DNA of 63,306 nt, filler included, from Choristocarpus tenellus KU-1152 (taxonomy: Eukaryota > Protista > Phaeophyceae): the NCBI GenBank assembly GCA_964200185.2. It is 10 parts of 10 records of this genome, joined end to end, with 100 filler letters (N's around TTAATTAATTAA, not from the genome) between each part and the next. Parts side by side here need not be neighbours in the genome. Positions count along the whole stretch, not along the records: positions 1 to 3,586 come from CAXNAD020019095.1; positions 3,687 to 8,875 come from CAXNAD020011568.1; positions 8,976 to 21,460 come from CAXNAD020001818.1; 7 more parts are not named here. One strand, 5' to 3'. Position 1 is the stretch's first letter, and every line of letters begins with the position of its first letter. Position numbers and translations under genes: made by a program. The notes below the pieces were generated by a model that was not told the origin of the DNA, ran no database searches, and saw nothing but the letters and a program-made list of their open reading frames with translations. Positions 1 to 13,806 of the stretch are shown here, in pieces.

Positions 1-3000
1 ACATATCCCGAGCCCTTCAAAGTGCAAAAACAGTTGCAAAAAAAAACCTTTCGGTACTTTTTCAAGACCGTTTTCGCAGAACAACCATCCTCATAGCCCC
101 GCTCCATCCTCAATTTTTAAAATCCACTGTTAAATGCACTTTTCCTGATTTTGGACCAAATGGAGACCCTGATGATGTAGACCTCCCCCCACCTCTCCAG
201 ACTCTTCGGGTCATTGGTTAGAAGAAATACCTGTGTTGGTGCCCTGTAACAGAATTTCTTGAGAGAAAGCAGGGTATGGAGAGAAAGAGGGGCACCTACG
301 AGAGGGATATAAAGAGACCCTGGTCAAAACTCAATGAACCCAGAATGTTGAGCACCTACCTGCTGTTGCTTCGCACGTGAGGCTTGAGGGTGTTTGACAA
401 GCGGAACACCTTCTTATCATGACCACTAATGTAACCAACTTCAATGTTCTCGCTCCTTGAAATTTCTTTCTCCACCTCTCGACCATGTAATTCGGAGCAA
501 GCCAACGCCAAGGAGTCATTGGGTACGGGATAAACACCATGGCCCATGTTACGATAGGGCCCTAGTGGTGGGTATGAGTAGACCTTTTTCATAGCACCAG
601 ACAGAGGGATCGCCTCTATGTCCAAGACAGGGGCAGATGAAGAAAGGACGCTCATTGTGTTCATTTCAATCTAAGTGGTCCTAGCAAGAGTCAACATATT
701 ACGAACTTATATTATTGAAACAAGCAAAAGGTTGAATTCTTGTTGATTGATTGACAAACACTAAGGTATAAGGTATGTCCCACTACTCGGTAAAAAAAGA
801 CTATGACTTCAGTACCCTGCAAACTACCAAAAATGGGACCTGTAGTTGTGTCACGCTTGTGTGAAAATAATCCCATTTAGACACCTCTTGCCACATCAAC
901 ACAGATTGAATAGAATACTGCAATCTAAATAGGGTCAGGGCCAATAATAACATAAGAACAGCACTCATATAATCAAAAATGCATTGTTCTGCGGTTTCTC
1001 TTTGCCAAGGAATGAACGGTTTGAGAAAGCAAGGCACGCAATCTGCAAGCTTTGCATCTCTCTCCCCCTACTCCCCACCCATGGTCCATGTGCTTCTAAT
1101 ACACTGAAGAGCGATTTCGGGTTGATTTGAAGAAACTTCAATTTTTCTCTTCAATCACCCAATCAAAAAGGGGTTAGCTGCATTTCAGCCAAAAGGGTGT
1201 GTGAGTGAGAGACGAGAAGTTGTGCATGGGGCCCTAAATATACCTCCTCTTAAGAAAGGGTGGATCCATCAGCAGCAGCAAAAGAATCAAACCAACTGAG
1301 AGGCAGGCAGGTTAGAACCCTTTTACATTCTAAGCCATCATTCTTACCTTGTGCAATACACTATATTTTGTTGCTATATATGAACGTTAGTATGTACGTA
1401 AAACGATCTTCCTCCTTGCCACACAAAGTGACTCCACAATTCATCAAAGACTCTTTCTGCAATTGTGCTTTTTTTTTTCTTCCCCTTTCTCGAGATCCTT
1501 AAAATGCACTCCTCCTGCCTATCTCTCACTTGGTGTGACTCAAAACAACCACCTACCGACATAGACTTCCCCACCTCTTTGCTCATCATCCTCGACACTC
1601 TTGTGTACGAAGCAAATGTCTCATGGCATGGTTGCCTCACAAGCTCAAGAAATCGACTCAACTCAGAGAAAAGTATGCACACACAGAGCACAACACAAAC
1701 GGTACCACTAACACTATGTCAACCTAGTTATCTAGTGTCTTAATCAGGCACTCTGCTATATAGAGTGCTGGCAGGAAATCCACACAGAGATCAATTTTAT
1801 TTCATTTAGCAAAGTACCCCTTCCTGACAAAAAAACCCTGCTAAGGGTGAAAGAGCACTGCTCCATACTACACACTACAACACTCCAGAATTGGCTGTCA
1901 TTGTGACATTTTTGGAGGTATATTTTACAGTACGAACCTCCCTCCCACCCCCGGCGCACACTACAGCCCGTGGGCACAACAGGCATACCAAGAAGATGGT
2001 GTGTACGTATCCTGAATATCAAAACGAAAGAGTTCATGTTCAAGAACAACCCTAACCCTAAGACAAAAATCACGAGCACCTAAAAAGGCAACACACGCCT
2101 GCACTGCAGACTTATAGAAAGGCAAACAACAACTACCAAAGTCCAAAAAACATACTATCCTGTACGGACGATGGACACATCCATTGGGGGTGAGGCAACA
2201 AAAGAACGCTGCCATCCAGAGTCCAAAACCAAACTAAGGGTCAATCGCGATTTTCAGCCAGAGGAGGGGATGAGAGATCTCTCTACCAGAAGTGTAACTG
2301 CCGTGGGTGGGGGCTATACAATCATGAACGCAAAACGTATGAGCCCACCAATCATCAACACCATATATATGTGCTCATTGGCTGTCAGTCACAACACAAA
2401 CTGTACACACTGAAATCACCTTGAAGACACTCAACACAATTCAACTTCTCAGATAAGAGGCTCTCGTCGGGACCTCATCCAACGGCACTCTCAAGACAAA
2501 ATGCGATTTGCCTGGTTGCCTGCGCAAGACCACAGTCGGGCAAAAACCTCGAGCTGTGTGTCCTCCTAACCAGGCAATGCGTTTGCTTCCGATCATCAGA
2601 GCGCTGCTCTAGAAGCAAACAAACAGCAGTGACAAGTGTTCACCAAATATCATCCTCCTCTTTCTGCCTGCGCCTGATTCCTTTCAGCCAGTCCGGAACA
2701 TTGTTTGGATTGACCTGTTGCCAATTTTCAACCAAGTAGAGCGAGCCAAATAATCCCATTGCACACAAGCACAGCGTGCCACAAGGAGTTGAAGTTGATG
2801 AACTTGGACACGCATTACATAATAATGCAAAATCGCAAAAAAAGGTATACCTCACAGATAGTACAACTCAACTCAAACACCATCACATACCACCCACCAT
2901 CGACAGTCGTTTCTAAAGTGAAAAATCCGCCTGGGGGGAAAAGTACCCATGTGTGGGGAGGGACCCCAGTCAGTCAATGCCTCATGAAAAGTGCAAAAAC

Positions 3001-3586
3001 GACATTTGGTATATAGGGGCTGACTGCATTTGGTATATAGGGGCTGACTGACGCCAGAATGCAAGAAGTCGTAGTAATGTTCTGGGAGACCTGAGTGCTA
3101 CATGATGAACAAAAAAAAAAAAAAATTTTTTTGGTCTGCAGTACATAGCATACACACTTCAAAAGTATATTTCTACTATTTTTTCTTGGTCACAGGGTAA
3201 GACTACTACTAACTACTACACAACTTAACTTCAAGAGAAACAAAAAAATGCTAAAAAAAAAAGATTGATAAACAACACAATACGCACTCCATTCTAAAAC
3301 GGCTACTGACTTCATTACAACTACCTACTCACCATGAGATGTTGCTCTCTACACAAATGTCAATAAAAATAAATAAACTGAACTTAGGAAAAAAAAAACA
3401 ATTGCAAAAATACTTTACCCATTCATCTTGATGTCATCACACACAATCACCGCAAAAAGAAAAAAAAGAAGTAATATATATATCGTTGGGTCAAAGTATC
3501 TGGGGGGGGGGGGGGGGGGGGGGGGTAGCTTGCTTTCGGAGAAATATGTATGTTGCTGTAAGTTTGTGACTATTAAGGTGATGAAA

Positions 3587-3686
3587 NNNNNNNNNNNNNN
3601 NNNNNNNNNNNNNNNNNNNNNNNNNNNNNNTTAATTAATTAANNNNNNNNNNNNNNNNNNNNNNNNNNNNNNNNNNNNNNNNNNNN
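3587..3686. other. Artificial contig-joining spacer (N44-TTAATTAATTAA-N44); identical spacers at 8876-8975, 21461-21560, 29158-29257, 32815-32914, 35657-35756, 51789-51888, 55076-55175, 58781-58880
   Basis: Nine identical 100-bp spacers; the 12-mer puts stop codons in all six frames, a standard concatenation linker. Confidence 0.97.
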
Positions 3687-4599
3687 CTGTTTGTGAGCCT
3701 GATGGACTCCCTGGGGTCGGCCCCCCCCCCCCCCCCAGATATTTTGGGTCCCACCCCGATCCCATTCATCGGCCCTTTGCCTTCTTTATATATCCGCCAA
3801 CTCCTCCCCATTTCCCCTACTCGCCAGTTAACTGGCATACACACACATATATATATATATATATTCATACAACACAAGCGTGTGATCAACCCAGCAACAA
3901 AAAACCCCTGGTGAAGCATGAGCACCATTACTAGTTAGAAGAAATTAATTCCAACTCTGTGCATGAGAGGAGAGGGCCAGATGCTATTGATTGTTCGCTC
4001 TTCTCTGCTTGCCTTATTCCTGATCAAGCGAAGACTCCGCATATTAAATCCAGTGAGGATCCCTTTTAAAATCGTATTTGGAGAAATTGAATTTTCGTTT
4101 TCAGTGCGCGATTTCCAGACATGGGACTGGTGTGACTGAATTTTTTTTTGTCTGTGCTGTTGTTTCTGGTATTATCATATTTAGGGCATCTCCTATTCGG
4201 GACCAATATTGTTCGAGAAAACGTTGCAATCTTAGTAAGAAAATCCATCACAACAAAAATTACGCGACAGCGAAATTTTGTACCTTGTGGGAGGAATCTT
4301 GCATGTGTTTTTATCATAATATGTGTATGATGACTCCAATTTCATCTTCTCGTGTCAGAGACTCTCCTAAAATGCCCTCTGAACTTCTTAGACTTCCACC
4401 TGCCAAAGCGGCAATCGAATGGGCCTCCAAGAGGGCCCCAAAGATTCATCCCATGAACTTGGGTCATCCGCCCAGAACGCCTACCAGGCAGTAGGCCTTA
4501 CTCAGGTAACGAGGTCACTTGCGGAGTCTGGAAAGACTGTCAGGCGGAAGGTTCGGGACAGGTTGGCAACAGAGGCTTATAACAAAGTGGAAGCTCATA

Positions 4600-5369
4600 G
4601 GTTCTTTTCCTGGTTCACCGATGAACTGGAACCTTTATGGGTGTAGGAGATCCTGGCCCTCTCAAAGCTATTGTGCACAACGAAGGGGCCGGCTAGAGTT
4701 TGAAGATGTTTGTTGACACCCAATCTGCTGCATGGACCAAAATTGGTCAGGATCCGCAAGAAGATGACAAACGTTCTGATGCCCTTCGCTGCTAGGTGAG
4801 ACACAGTTGTGGGGTATCGAGCCAACCTAAAATACGCGGGTAAGTCCACCACCTTCGAAACATGGAAGAGAAGACCAATGCACCCATACATACTCCTTGC
4901 CAACCTTATGGAAAGAGAGTCTTCCTCCTTCCCAGAGTCCATAACCAGTTTGAGCACCGTGACCCGCTCCGACGCAGACCTGGGACAAATCGTTTATCTT
5001 AAGCTCCACGGGTATCGCCTGGTGTACCACTACATCTCTGCAACCTTCCCAGCCAAATCAATGCTTCTGCTTGCATTCTCCAGCCAGCTTTGTGTAGAAC
5101 GGGAACGGTAAAGGAAATTTCCTCCTGAACTTGTTGGCCTCCAATGTACTTGGGTCCATCAAACAGACCTCTCATTCCAACATCTTCATCCAGGCACTGG
5201 TCCTGTAATCGGACCGTGGGTAGGATCTGCAGCTTCTTGGCTCACGTTTTCCGTCTTGTCCCTCCTCATTGGAAGCCACCATGGTCGCAATGACTCCAAC
5301 CGCTTGAAACATAAACTCCTCAGATTTTTTGTCACGATGACGGGTTGTGTTTTCGGTCGCCTTCCTCAA
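4600..5369 (-). mobile_element. Decayed PIF/Harbinger-type (DDE_Tnp_4/Plant_tran-like) transposase
   Basis: Reading through stops gives SAWMKMLE*EVCLMDPSTLEANKFRRKFPLPFPFYTKLAGECKQKH*F...AIPVELKI, resembling the 'FRRRFR.P..F..L' and 'IPxELK' motifs of Harbinger transposases, then YGCIG...HV in another frame. Multiple stops and frameshifts. Confidence 0.6.
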
Positions 5370-6762
5370 TGCCCCAATGTTCCCAAATGGTTGTGTGATG
5401 GGAGCTGTATTGAGTATGTTATTTAATACATCGCTGAAGATTGCTCCGCATTATACGGGAGGAATATTCTGCTCCCAATACTGTCTGTAACATTCTACGC
5501 AAGAATATAGCCATCATTTCTCTACGAATGTAAGAATAAAAAAACTTCCATGACCATCTTCCCAAGAAAAGAAAAATTGCCTCCAAGATTCTTGGAGTAA
5601 AGTGGTACCAATAGCTTCGAGGTCTGTAGCAATCTTGTTTTTTTTTACTGTCAGGTCAGGAGAGGTATGCAACAATATAAATATCAAATGAACCCTTATG
5701 TGTCAAGGAGGCTTGAAGGTTTGTATATAGGAATGTACTAACTCCAGCAAATGGGAACTATATCCCGATCAAAGAATGCCAAAACGCATGGGAATAACTT
5801 CCACGCAATTTTGATGGTCACAACCTCAAAAGATACAAAAATAAGTGGTTGGCTGAATTTCCTCCAAAATCCTGGTCTGGGATAGACCCCTGTCAAATTA
5901 CAGTGCGTGTGGACATACCGACAAAAAAATTAAGATTCTCGGACACCTTTTTAACGCCTTTTGTAGACTTTCCGTGAACACACACACAGCTGACCTACAC
6001 ACCAATATGGACCACAACGGTGAGAAAAGGAGAGGCTACTCTGCACCCTGGATCTACCCTCGGCACCTTCTCTGTCGAGAGCTGACAAAAAAACAAGTAC
6101 CACGTGACATTCTGTGCGATATTAGGCGACGAGAAAGTGTGTGTAATGTGGCGAATTAACAATCAAATCGCGCAGTGAACCACGCGGCCGCGACACTGAC
6201 GCTGTGAGAAGATGCATTGAAAGCATTACCACACAAACGTGGTTGGTTCTTCAACCACGTCGGAGCACTGCCCTGCAGTCTCTGCCGCCTCAGGAAAACA
6301 GGAAGAGAGCAGCGAGTCCATCACCAGGTACAACGACGACGTCTGTGGGGAAGCCTGGTCACAGCGGGCGAAGGGGGAACCAGAGTGAACGGCTGAAGGG
6401 AAGGTTGGGGAGGAGAGCAGTGCAAATCCTGGTGTAGAATATCTTAGTAGTTGACAGTTGCAGCAGGCACTAACTGTTTGGAAGCTATGCGAGCCAGAAT
6501 GGCTTAGGAAACGAGAAAGGAGGTGTTAGGGTTGGGCTACAAGGGCTCTGAAGCCCGAAAGAAGGTATCCCATTTCCGGCGCTCAACGAGGAAATGTGAT
6601 AATAAAGGCTCTAACACTGCGAATCCTGTACCTGCGATGGACCACGGGAAAGACCTTCAAACGGTGGTCGAGATGGCAGCAGGATATGCGATGGTCAGGT
6701 CGGAAACTCTGAGTAAATAGCAGAGAGACTTCCTAACTAAGGGCTACGTCAAGGTGTCGGAG

Positions 6763-6948
6763 CAAGGGCGATAAAAGAGGCGTTTCGTTCTGGGCCTCGA
6801 CGAGGACATCCTTGGTCAAAGAGAGGATGCCTGAACACACAGGAAGAAAGGGTAAGGAGGCCTTTTTCCTCTCTAAAAACTATACTTTAATCAAGTAGTT
6901 GGCACTCTTGGTGACCTACAATCCTGGGTTCGAACCCCAGTATGATCG
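6763..6948 (+). repeat. Dispersed ~190-bp repeat, probably the 3' end of a non-LTR retroelement or a SINE; second copy at 32612-32814 on the minus strand
   Basis: GAGGCGTTTCGTTCTGGGCCTCGACGAGGA...GTGACCTACAATCC(T/A)GGGTTCGAACCCCA is shared in opposite orientation. Upstream 6610-6720 encodes a broken CESCTC...DLQ..VE..Y..VR motif like a LINE C-terminal zinc knuckle. Confidence 0.6.
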
Positions 6949-9374
6949 GTATTTCTTCAATAAATGGGAAAAATGGCGGAAAAAACGAAGCCTGTACTCT
7001 GGAGGGCATTGGACGGGCATCACAAATATACTTTTAGTTTATTAATCGGATGTCTACACCAAACGTTTGACGGGACAACCCCAGACGCATAAGCTATTGG
7101 TACGACTATATAGAGATAACTTTACACCCACAAAACTCTATTATCTATTATCTCAGTTTACTAAATAGTCTCCTACTAGATTCACCGATCACTGTAGTCT
7201 GATACCCCTCACTTGAACCTATCTAGCCCCAATCCATGGTTAGAGGTACAACACACCACACTTCTTCTCATTAACTACCTAAACAATACCAATATACTAC
7301 CCAAAACTACTACTCCACCAAAAAAAATATTTTGCTTTGCTCACGAATTCGGGGTAAATTAATCAGCCCTCATCTTACCTCTACACCTATTCCTCTCCCC
7401 TCAACTAACGCAACACCAATCATTCCATACCGCAACATCAAACCATTTCATTGTTACCACTGTTTTAGAGGTGTCCTTAGCAACGGTGGTGGGGGGGTAC
7501 ACTCCCCTTATAAAAGTTACTTGAATTATTGGGGGATTAAATCATATTGATCACATAATAGGTGTCAATATGTCATAGCAATCGTGTTCGCCTATCAGAT
7601 TGTATCAACTATCGTATGGAAGGCATCTCTCTTTTGACCCGCCCTAGTGTTGTGCTTGACGGATATTTAGCATTGATGATGTGTCCAACAGGATCTGCTC
7701 TTCACAAGGATCCGTATGGTGACCACCCCCGCCCCCCCCATAGTTCGTTCTATGGAAGGATATCATTCGATCTAATGTGTTCATCGTCGCGGTTGGCAAG
7801 TTAATCTTTTAGCGAGTGTACCTGTCAATAATGCGATACTTCTAGGTGTTAATAGTTAAAGTGGAATAGCTACGTTCAGTAGAAGTTAGACTGAGAGCTA
7901 GTTCAGTAGTAGTGTGTGGTGTGTGTGTTCATGGATCGGGACAGGCCTTGGACCAAAGTGAAAACCGATAATTCTATTATTATGGAGAATAAAGTAAGTT
8001 CTTAAGTATTACAAGAAAATTAGTAGAAGGTTGTAGTACTATTAATAGAATCAACCCCAGGAAAGAAGACAGACATACTACTACAACAACAGTAAGTTAA
8101 GTACTTCTATCATACTATTGAAAGTGGTGCGTGTTAACAATGGTATCTTCGTTGAGGAATAAAGTGTAGAATCACGTATCTTCAACATATTTCGTGTAGG
8201 TCCAAACGGTTTGTTTGTATTATTGTTGAACTTTCCTCACCTGTTCTTGTTGACTATAATTTAGGTTAAACATCATACATTTAAGTATGTTGTGTCAAAG
8301 TTGGAGATACTTTTTTGTATCAGTTGCGTTGGAGTGACCATGAGTGAGTGTGATCTCTTCTCCACCAACTCCAATAGTTCGTGGTGTAGTTCTTGGGGAG
8401 GTTTGGTTAACAGTCCAACTTTTGACACCACACTTCGTTTGTAAATTTCGAAATTGACTTTAATGTGCAAATATACATCCACATCCTTTCAGGGGAAGCT
8501 GGGAACTTGGAGAAAGTGGGCTCGATGGTGGACAATTTTCATACAAATAGTTTGTACAGGGTATTACAGAAAGGAGTGATATTTTGTAACTATTACAGAG
8601 AGAGGTAGGTGTTATTGTGGTTCATTATTTCGTGAGCATCATTATTATTGTCAGTTCCTCCTTACACTCTCATATTACTTACTACGTGTGGGGGGTAGGG
8701 GCTATAAGAAAGCAGAGCCAGTAAAGATGCCCACACACTGAAGATTCACTCGAGCACATGGAACACCGTACAAACTTTTTTCCCACCACTTTTTTGTCAA
8801 CAAAGATGATGGAGCTAAAGTATCTTAGAGGGTAGAGCCTCGTCCATTTGGAGGTCAAAGTCTAATGTTGCGATTNNNNNNNNNNNNNNNNNNNNNNNNN
8901 NNNNNNNNNNNNNNNNNNNTTAATTAATTAANNNNNNNNNNNNNNNNNNNNNNNNNNNNNNNNNNNNNNNNNNNNTTGTTTTTGAGTTATATATAATATT
9001 GTTTTTTTTTTTTTTGCTGAAACACCCAGGGGGGGGTGGGGGATTTTTTTTTTTTTTTGTCAAGGGGTGTATTAATGTGATGCTTGACACCCCATTTTCA
9101 AGATCCAAACTCAGGTAACCCCCATCACAGGTCCATGGATGTAAACGAATAGACCCCATGGATGATGTTTTGCCATTGGATTAGAGGATATAGGGAAGCA
9201 AAGATGAAAATCCAAAAGCACATAATAAGAAAACAATAGCAACCCCCTATAGGATATTTTGTCTAAAGAAAAAGCCTACGAACATCAACTTTGCCTAAGT
9301 TTAGACCAAGCAAATGCTCCTACTGCTTTCATGCATCCATTGAACTGATCTGAGGTTACTTTCTTGTGACTCAC

Positions 9375-9961
9375 TTGTATAGCTCCTGGGATGGCCAAAT
9401 CGTAGCGACCCTGGACCAAGTACTTAGAAGCCTCCTGCTGACACAAGTCAATAAGCGCCCGCTTGCTCATCTGGACCGTATACTCTCTTCGAGCTCTCTC
9501 TTCCTCGGAGCCAATAATGGCGGGTGTTGCTCTCAACGGTCCGATTAACGGGGCGATCTTATATATTATCCCTACGTAGAGCAGAGATAATAGGGTGTCA
9601 GGTGGCCTTCAAACCAGAGGCCATAGCATATTAAGGAATAGTAGAAGACTAGGTGAGAATGAGTTAGGTTGTCTCCTGCGAGCTGTTAAAGCCTTGGTGT
9701 GGTGTGGGATTCGGGAAGAACGGAATGGTAGATGTTTGCCATATTCTGCGTACCATGCCATGCCTGTTCGGCATGCTCCTCTGTGGCGTAGTATAGAGTG
9801 ATGTGCGATGTAACACACTCGACGGTGGCAGGCAGTCCTGTGAGCTCACACTTGGGCATATTCCCTTTGGGGAAAGCCAGGCGATTCAATTTCACAATGC
9901 GATATTCGGGGCGTGCTCCACCTTCAGCGAGGTGACTTTGCGATCTCTCATGATTACTCAT
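9375..9961 (-). CDS. ZMYND12: ZMYND12/p38-like flagellar (inner-arm dynein-associated) protein, first two exons; rest lost at contig break
   Basis: Exons 9961-9754 and 9571-9375 (GT-AG, phases match): ...LNRLAFPKGNMPKCELTGLPA...LYYATEEHAEQAWHGIIYKIAPLIGPLRATPAIIGSEEERARR...KYLVQGRYDLAIPGAIQ. Aligns by eye to the ZMYND12 N-terminus (PLA.PKG...YY...W..IH.KI..L..PLR....SEEER...KYL..G...A.P.A.Q). Confidence 0.85.
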
Positions 9962-11558
9962 CTGTTTGGACTTATCCAAACTTTAAATAGGGTACGTCGC
10001 AGTGGTAGATTCAAAAATTGTCTTGGTAAGCCCTATCTATTCAATTACTACCCTGTGTCGGTAACTCTATTCCCTCTGTCCATTGCTCGTGGTTGTGACT
10101 GAACCTTTAACCTTGTAGAGATGCCCGTTTCAGGTCGATGAAAAAACCCTGGTTACGATATAAACCCTTTCAATAAATTATTCATCAACTTCAGTTCGAT
10201 TAATCGACATAATAACCGAATAGTTTAACCTTTTTCGGCTATTATTGGTTATTTTTTTGCAATAAAAGGTGACATATAAGAACTACATAGTTGTCACAGG
10301 ACGCCACAATCCAAAACTCACACGTTTCACTGTTGTTCATGGTTTCGGATCTGCATGCTGAGTGAGACCTACTAAGAAGGAAGGAGGCTTTGGAGTTTTG
10401 CCTCCTAGCTTGACAGTTCAATTCGATTCAATTCGATTAATCTTGTGTTTGTTAAAACGGTCTAATCGCAATCGTAATTTTCTTTCGGTTCACTGAACTT
10501 AAGTATTAACGTCATTCAAAACAATGTTGATGATGGGTGCACACTTCTTTGAAAGTATACGACAAAATGATAGTGTTTCAGAGTATCTAGAAAATTTAGT
10601 TTGCGAGACTGATTGCTGCTGGTTGGGGTTCAGCAATCTCACTGTTCGTCACTCCACCCCTTCCCTCAAAACTTGACCTCGACCCACCTCGATTTTGGCA
10701 CGTCAATCTTTATCTGTTTTTTTTGTGGTATTATAGTAACACTGCACGTAGGATAATATCACAGGTTACACAAAGTGTTACAGTTCCCATCCATGTGAAA
10801 TAATTTTTATCTACAAAGTTTTATGGCCTAAAGTTTCAACGTTGTCTTCGCAGTTGCAGCTTGTCCTGACCTTTGGTTAGAGATACTGCAAACTGCACTA
10901 CTTCTCATTCTGCTAAGTACTGACTAACTGTTACACAACGACTAATTGTCCTAACTCCTTCATGTATGTCTGCCTTTCTTCTCATGATGAGTTGGGTTCA
11001 GCACTCACTCCTCCTCCTACGTACCGCTAATCGCTCCCTTTCCTTCCTCGATTCTTGTGCTCTATGGATGGACTCGCTTTGAAGTTTCCACGTCGATTCT
11101 GGTTTCGGCGTTTTCGTGGTGAAACCATACACATACAATATAGGAGAATATTCTATATTGTGTGTATAATATGGTTTCACCAGAGAGGCAGATGTATAAT
11201 CCGTTTTGCTTTTCAGATAGAATTGGATAATGAAACTAGATATCCATGAAAACAACTCTGGCGTCGAATGGTTCGAACCCTCAAAATTTGTGTAGAGTAC
11301 AGGTGTCTTGACTACCAAAGACCCCAAGGACACCTTCAACACAACAACTAGATATCCATCAAAAAGATGGAAGATGTTACGAAATTCGAACCTACGAAGT
11401 CGATATAGAAAACATTTCCTGTAAAACAATGAATGACGAAGAAACCAATTATACTATTCTCTACAAAAACAACATGAAATCATTGGTTGTTTGCATTTTG
11501 AACTTAACAACACTTCAATAAAGTAGAGGAGATGTAAACCTTTGATCAAAGAAACATC

Positions 11559-13775
11559 ATGTCACACCAACCACATAGCCCCCACCCTCAAGCTTTCTAT
11601 GCGGACCCTGCAGTACATTCACTCCGCCAGGGGGTAAGGCCAGCAGCCTCAGGCATCGTACTTGTGGCAGGATGGTCGTGGGGGAAGACAGACGACTGTA
11701 CCATCGGTCCACGCTACAAGGACATAGCTGAGGCTGCAACCAACCTGGACCCTGCCTGTTACACATATCCACCGCAGCATCTGCATTGCACAGTCGCCAC
11801 TCTAAGCAGGTGGAAGCGAGAGATGCACTTCCTTTTTTCCACCCTAACTCAGCAAGTCAAGATTCAGGAGACTAACTCTGTTCTCCTCAGCAAGCACTCT
11901 CGACATTATCATTAGCCCTCTATACATGAGCCTAGCGCTACGGACTGCAGACATATGATTAATCAAGGGTTTCATTCACCCCCCCCCCCCCCCCCCCCCT
12001 CCCCCTTTTTCTCTTACACCTCACCAAAAAAACCAAGAAACGACCAGCCCCCACCCCCGCCCCCCCCNNNNNNNNNNTGCAGACATATGATTAATCAAGG
12101 GTTTCATTCCCCCCCCCCCCCCCTCTACTTCCTGCTTTCTAAATGTAAGCTTCAACAACGAGAAGAGTCCATTCTTCAATGCTTCCGATGAAGACCAGCT
12201 CATTGTTTTGCAGGCATGGGGTGATGCATTAGATCGTGCGTTTCGGAAAGCGAGGGTCTTGCGACCATTCGATGTGGGTTTCTTTCCCCTAGAGCCTTTG
12301 GCTTACGCATTTTTCGATGGTTGGATCTATGTAGCTGTTAGTCGTATCTAATCTTTTTCACCATTGAACCTTCAATAAACGAGAACAATCGATAACGTAC
12401 ATTAATAAGTACATGTATTTTCTTACAACATACGATACTACCGTGTCTTCTCATTAAGGAGAACATGCTTGACGCGCCAATCCTTCTATAGGAATGGATG
12501 GGGTGACTCCTCCCGCATCAATACTTTCATGTTTAGCATAGAGGATTTCCCTTTGGTGTATCATGTAGCATTTGGGGTTAGGTAAAAAGGGTTGTGTGTG
12601 GGTATTGTTGCATGCAATGAATCAAAGTTCGGCCACATGTGCATGTTTACTCGCTCACGCTAGAAGATAAATGTCTCGCTTTTCATTGCACCGACAACAT
12701 GGCGTTTTTCAGCTCACTTTCAGCGACCTAGGCTGGTCTTCGGCTGCTGCGTACCTGCTTGCAGAGGACCCCAGTGATATGTTCAGAGAACTTCGAGCTG
12801 CTGTTCGGTTGGCCGCCGAGGATTCACAGGTGGGAGGCATTTTGTCAATTGAAGTCAGAGCATTCACACCCACTCGGCTAATCAGAATGCAAGGTGTCCA
12901 CTTGTGAGACCTGATGACTGCTTGGAAGATTCAGCCTTGCCTGACCTTGTTGCACACATATAGATGTATGTATGCATGTATGCATACGTACGGCTGTGTA
13001 TATAGGAAACTCGCAACACCGGTATTGAATTAACATGTACCACAATGTTGATGATGAGAACAAGGTCAAAAGAGAACGTCCAATTTTATGCAAATACGTC
13101 ACTAGCGGGCAAGACCCTCCACACCCTTGCTGCCAATGGAAATGCATTGCAAGAGGACATGTTGTTGCACCTTTGCTGTTCAGTCATGTATTGACCCTCC
13201 GTCCTGGACACTTGACCTCTTTGGCAAGACACACGTCTATCCTGGTATGCCTTGTGAATAGGGGAGAGATTGATTACCTCCTCCTGTTGACTAGTTGTCC
13301 TCCTCCTATATTGATGTTTGGATTATGGAAGGTTGATTGAAATTTTGATACAATAGTATAGTAGATATCAGTAGGGATGTATCACAGTAAGCGATACATT
13401 AGCACCTCACACTGTTGTGGGCCAAGATAGAGCACAATCGATCTCAAAGCATCTAAATATGCACCAAGTAAGGATGGGTGGATGTATTCCCCAATATGTG
13501 TGAACATGCACATGAAAATGACACAGGGAGAACTTTTCTAGTGATCTACCACAATTTTTTGTGATTCGAAAGCATTTGCGTAGAAATGTGTTCATTCGGT
13601 TCGAAACGTGCAGAATAATTAGCACGGATTTTTTTTTTTTTTAAATTGCCTCTCAAATCTTCAGTCTCGATGTAATCACGATGTAATCATGTCGGATTGT
13701 ATCAATTACTGCAATTCACAGCATGAAAGTACTTGCATCTTAGGAGTCATCCTGCAAATCATGTTTTGTTATTAC

Positions 13776-13806
<31 letters not shown>

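Noticed and set aside
150-664. Minus-strand ORF MNTMSVLSSS... with a plausible intron as a gene
   Set aside because: No recognisable domain and the putative second exon soon hits a stop; insufficient support.
1374-1691. Possible Gypsy integrase zinc-binding remnant
   Set aside because: Resemblance limited to a few residues; HHCC ligands not recoverable.
3003-3050. 24-nt direct repeat CATTTGGTATATAGGGGCTGACTG x2 (also a 15-nt x2 repeat at 34486-34516) as CRISPR-like
   Set aside because: Only two adjacent units, no spacers, no cas genes, eukaryotic context.
5040-5180. In-frame TGA codons in the transposase-like frame as selenocysteine or readthrough
   Set aside because: They fall at positions best explained by CGA/TGG-to-TGA decay and are accompanied by frameshifts.
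11946-12125. Duplication of TGCAGACATATGATTAATCAAGGGTTTCATTC + poly-C on both sides of a 10-N gap
   Set aside because: Most likely unmerged overlapping contig ends at a homopolymer, not a real tandem repeat.
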